Assembly (NCBI GenBank): GCA_902826065.1
Contig: CADEDM010000003.1
Span: 8,045-72,044 of the forward strand
Direction: 5' to 3'
DNA: 64,000 nucleotides
From: an uncultured Acidobacteriota bacterium
GTDB lineage: Bacteria > Acidobacteriota > Vicinamibacteria > Vicinamibacterales > UBA2999
A program made the position numbers and the translations under genes. The notes below the pieces were generated by a model that was given only the letters and a program-made list of their open reading frames with translations, was not told where the DNA came from and made no database searches. Numbering within the stretch: the first letter of the stretch is position 1; each line of letters starts with the position of its first letter. This document shows positions 63,519 to 64,000 of the stretch, one piece after another.

Positions 63519-64000
63519 GGCGCGTCCTCGCCCTCCTGGTGGTGCTGTGCGCCGCGACGGCGCCGGTCCTGGCCCAGCAGCCGTCGCCGCCGCCGGCGGT
63601 GCCCGCACCGGACGACCCGCACGCGGGACATCAACCCGCCGCACCACCGCCGGCACCGGCACCGGCAGACCTGCCCCCGTTCATCCCGCCGCTCACCGAT
63701 GCCGATCGCGCGGCCGCATTCCCTCCCGTGCATGGTCATCACACCGGCGACAACGCGGTGCGCGCCATGGTGCTGTTCGATCAGCTCGAGTGGCAGGCCT
63801 TCGGGAAGACCAACGACATGAGCTGGGACACGACATCGTGGCTGGGCACCGACGTCGAGCGGCTCTGGTTCCGCGCCGAGGGCGACCGCGCCCGGGGCAC
63901 GTTCGAGCAGGCGCAGCTGCAACTGCTCTACGGCCGCGCCATGTCGCGGTGGTGGCAGATGATGGCCGGCGTGCGCCAGGACGTCCGGCCCGGGGCGCCG
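63515..64000 (+). CDS. copB: Copper resistance protein B (outer-membrane CopB/PcoB), 3' end outside window
   Basis: My own translation from the GTG at 63515, which overlaps the copA stop by GTGA: VRRVLALLVVLCAATAPVLAQQ...DDPHAGH...LFDQLEWQAFGKTNDMSWDTTSWLGTDVERLWFRAEG. The frame stays open to the window end. It is absent from the ORF track because it has no stop. Confidence 0.85.
   Translation, partial: MRRVLALLVVLCAATAPVLAQQPSPPPAVPAPDDPHAGHQPAAPPPAPAPADLPPFIPPLTDADRAAAFPPVHGHHTGDNAVRAMVLFDQLEWQAFGKTNDMSWDTTSWLGTDVERLWFRAEGDRARGTFEQAQLQLLYGRAMSRWWQMMAGVRQDVRPGAP

Overview
High-GC (about 70% by eye) bacterial chromosomal segment, densely coding. I support 56 protein genes. I found no rRNA, tRNA, CRISPR array, transposase or integrase. 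Five ADOP-type duplicated FtsX permeases and three acidobacterial-type PadR regulators suggest Acidobacteriota (inference only). Content by block: (1) 0.1-8.8 kb: RraA-like protein, a divergent ADOP / PadR-ADOP locus, epoxide hydrolase and an AraC regulator. (2) 8.8-26.2 kb: a 13-gene same-strand (minus) array. It runs OmpR-type regulator, histidine kinase, NodT/TolC outer-membrane factor, MacA, split MacB ATPase and permease, ADOP, PadR, ADOP, alpha/beta hydrolase, then three secreted propeller/unknown proteins. (3) 26.4-33.4 kb: PD40 propeller, PadR-ADOP behind a perfect inverted-repeat operator, then a Cys-rich CorE-like ECF sigma factor directly upstream of a CPC-type copper P1B-ATPase. 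(4) 33.4-45.5 kb: two unknown secreted proteins, a CoA-transferase, and an HTH-MOP regulator co-oriented with a PLP lyase. A TonB-dependent receptor plus a His/Asp-rich anchored protein lie divergent from modABC. A Ser/Thr kinase-BRCT fusion follows. (5) 45.1-58.8 kb: an Lrp-type regulator divergent from a fused E1(alpha-beta)+E2 2-oxoacid dehydrogenase that runs straight into paaABCDE. A paaI-paaG / paaJ-paaH-paaZ divergon with a PaaR-like palindrome follows, and no paaK is present. (6) 58.8-64.0 kb: a PEGA protein, three translationally coupled paralogous small lipoproteins, a Cys/His protein, and copA (multicopper oxidase) with copB. Best candidates for undescribed biology are the E1E2-paa fusion of pathways, the lipoprotein triplet upstream of copAB, the PadR/ADOP prefix-domain modules lying beside the only MacB-type ATPase, the receptor/His-rich pair next to modABC, and the kinase-BRCT fusion. 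All functional calls come from reading motifs in the translations. No database search was run.
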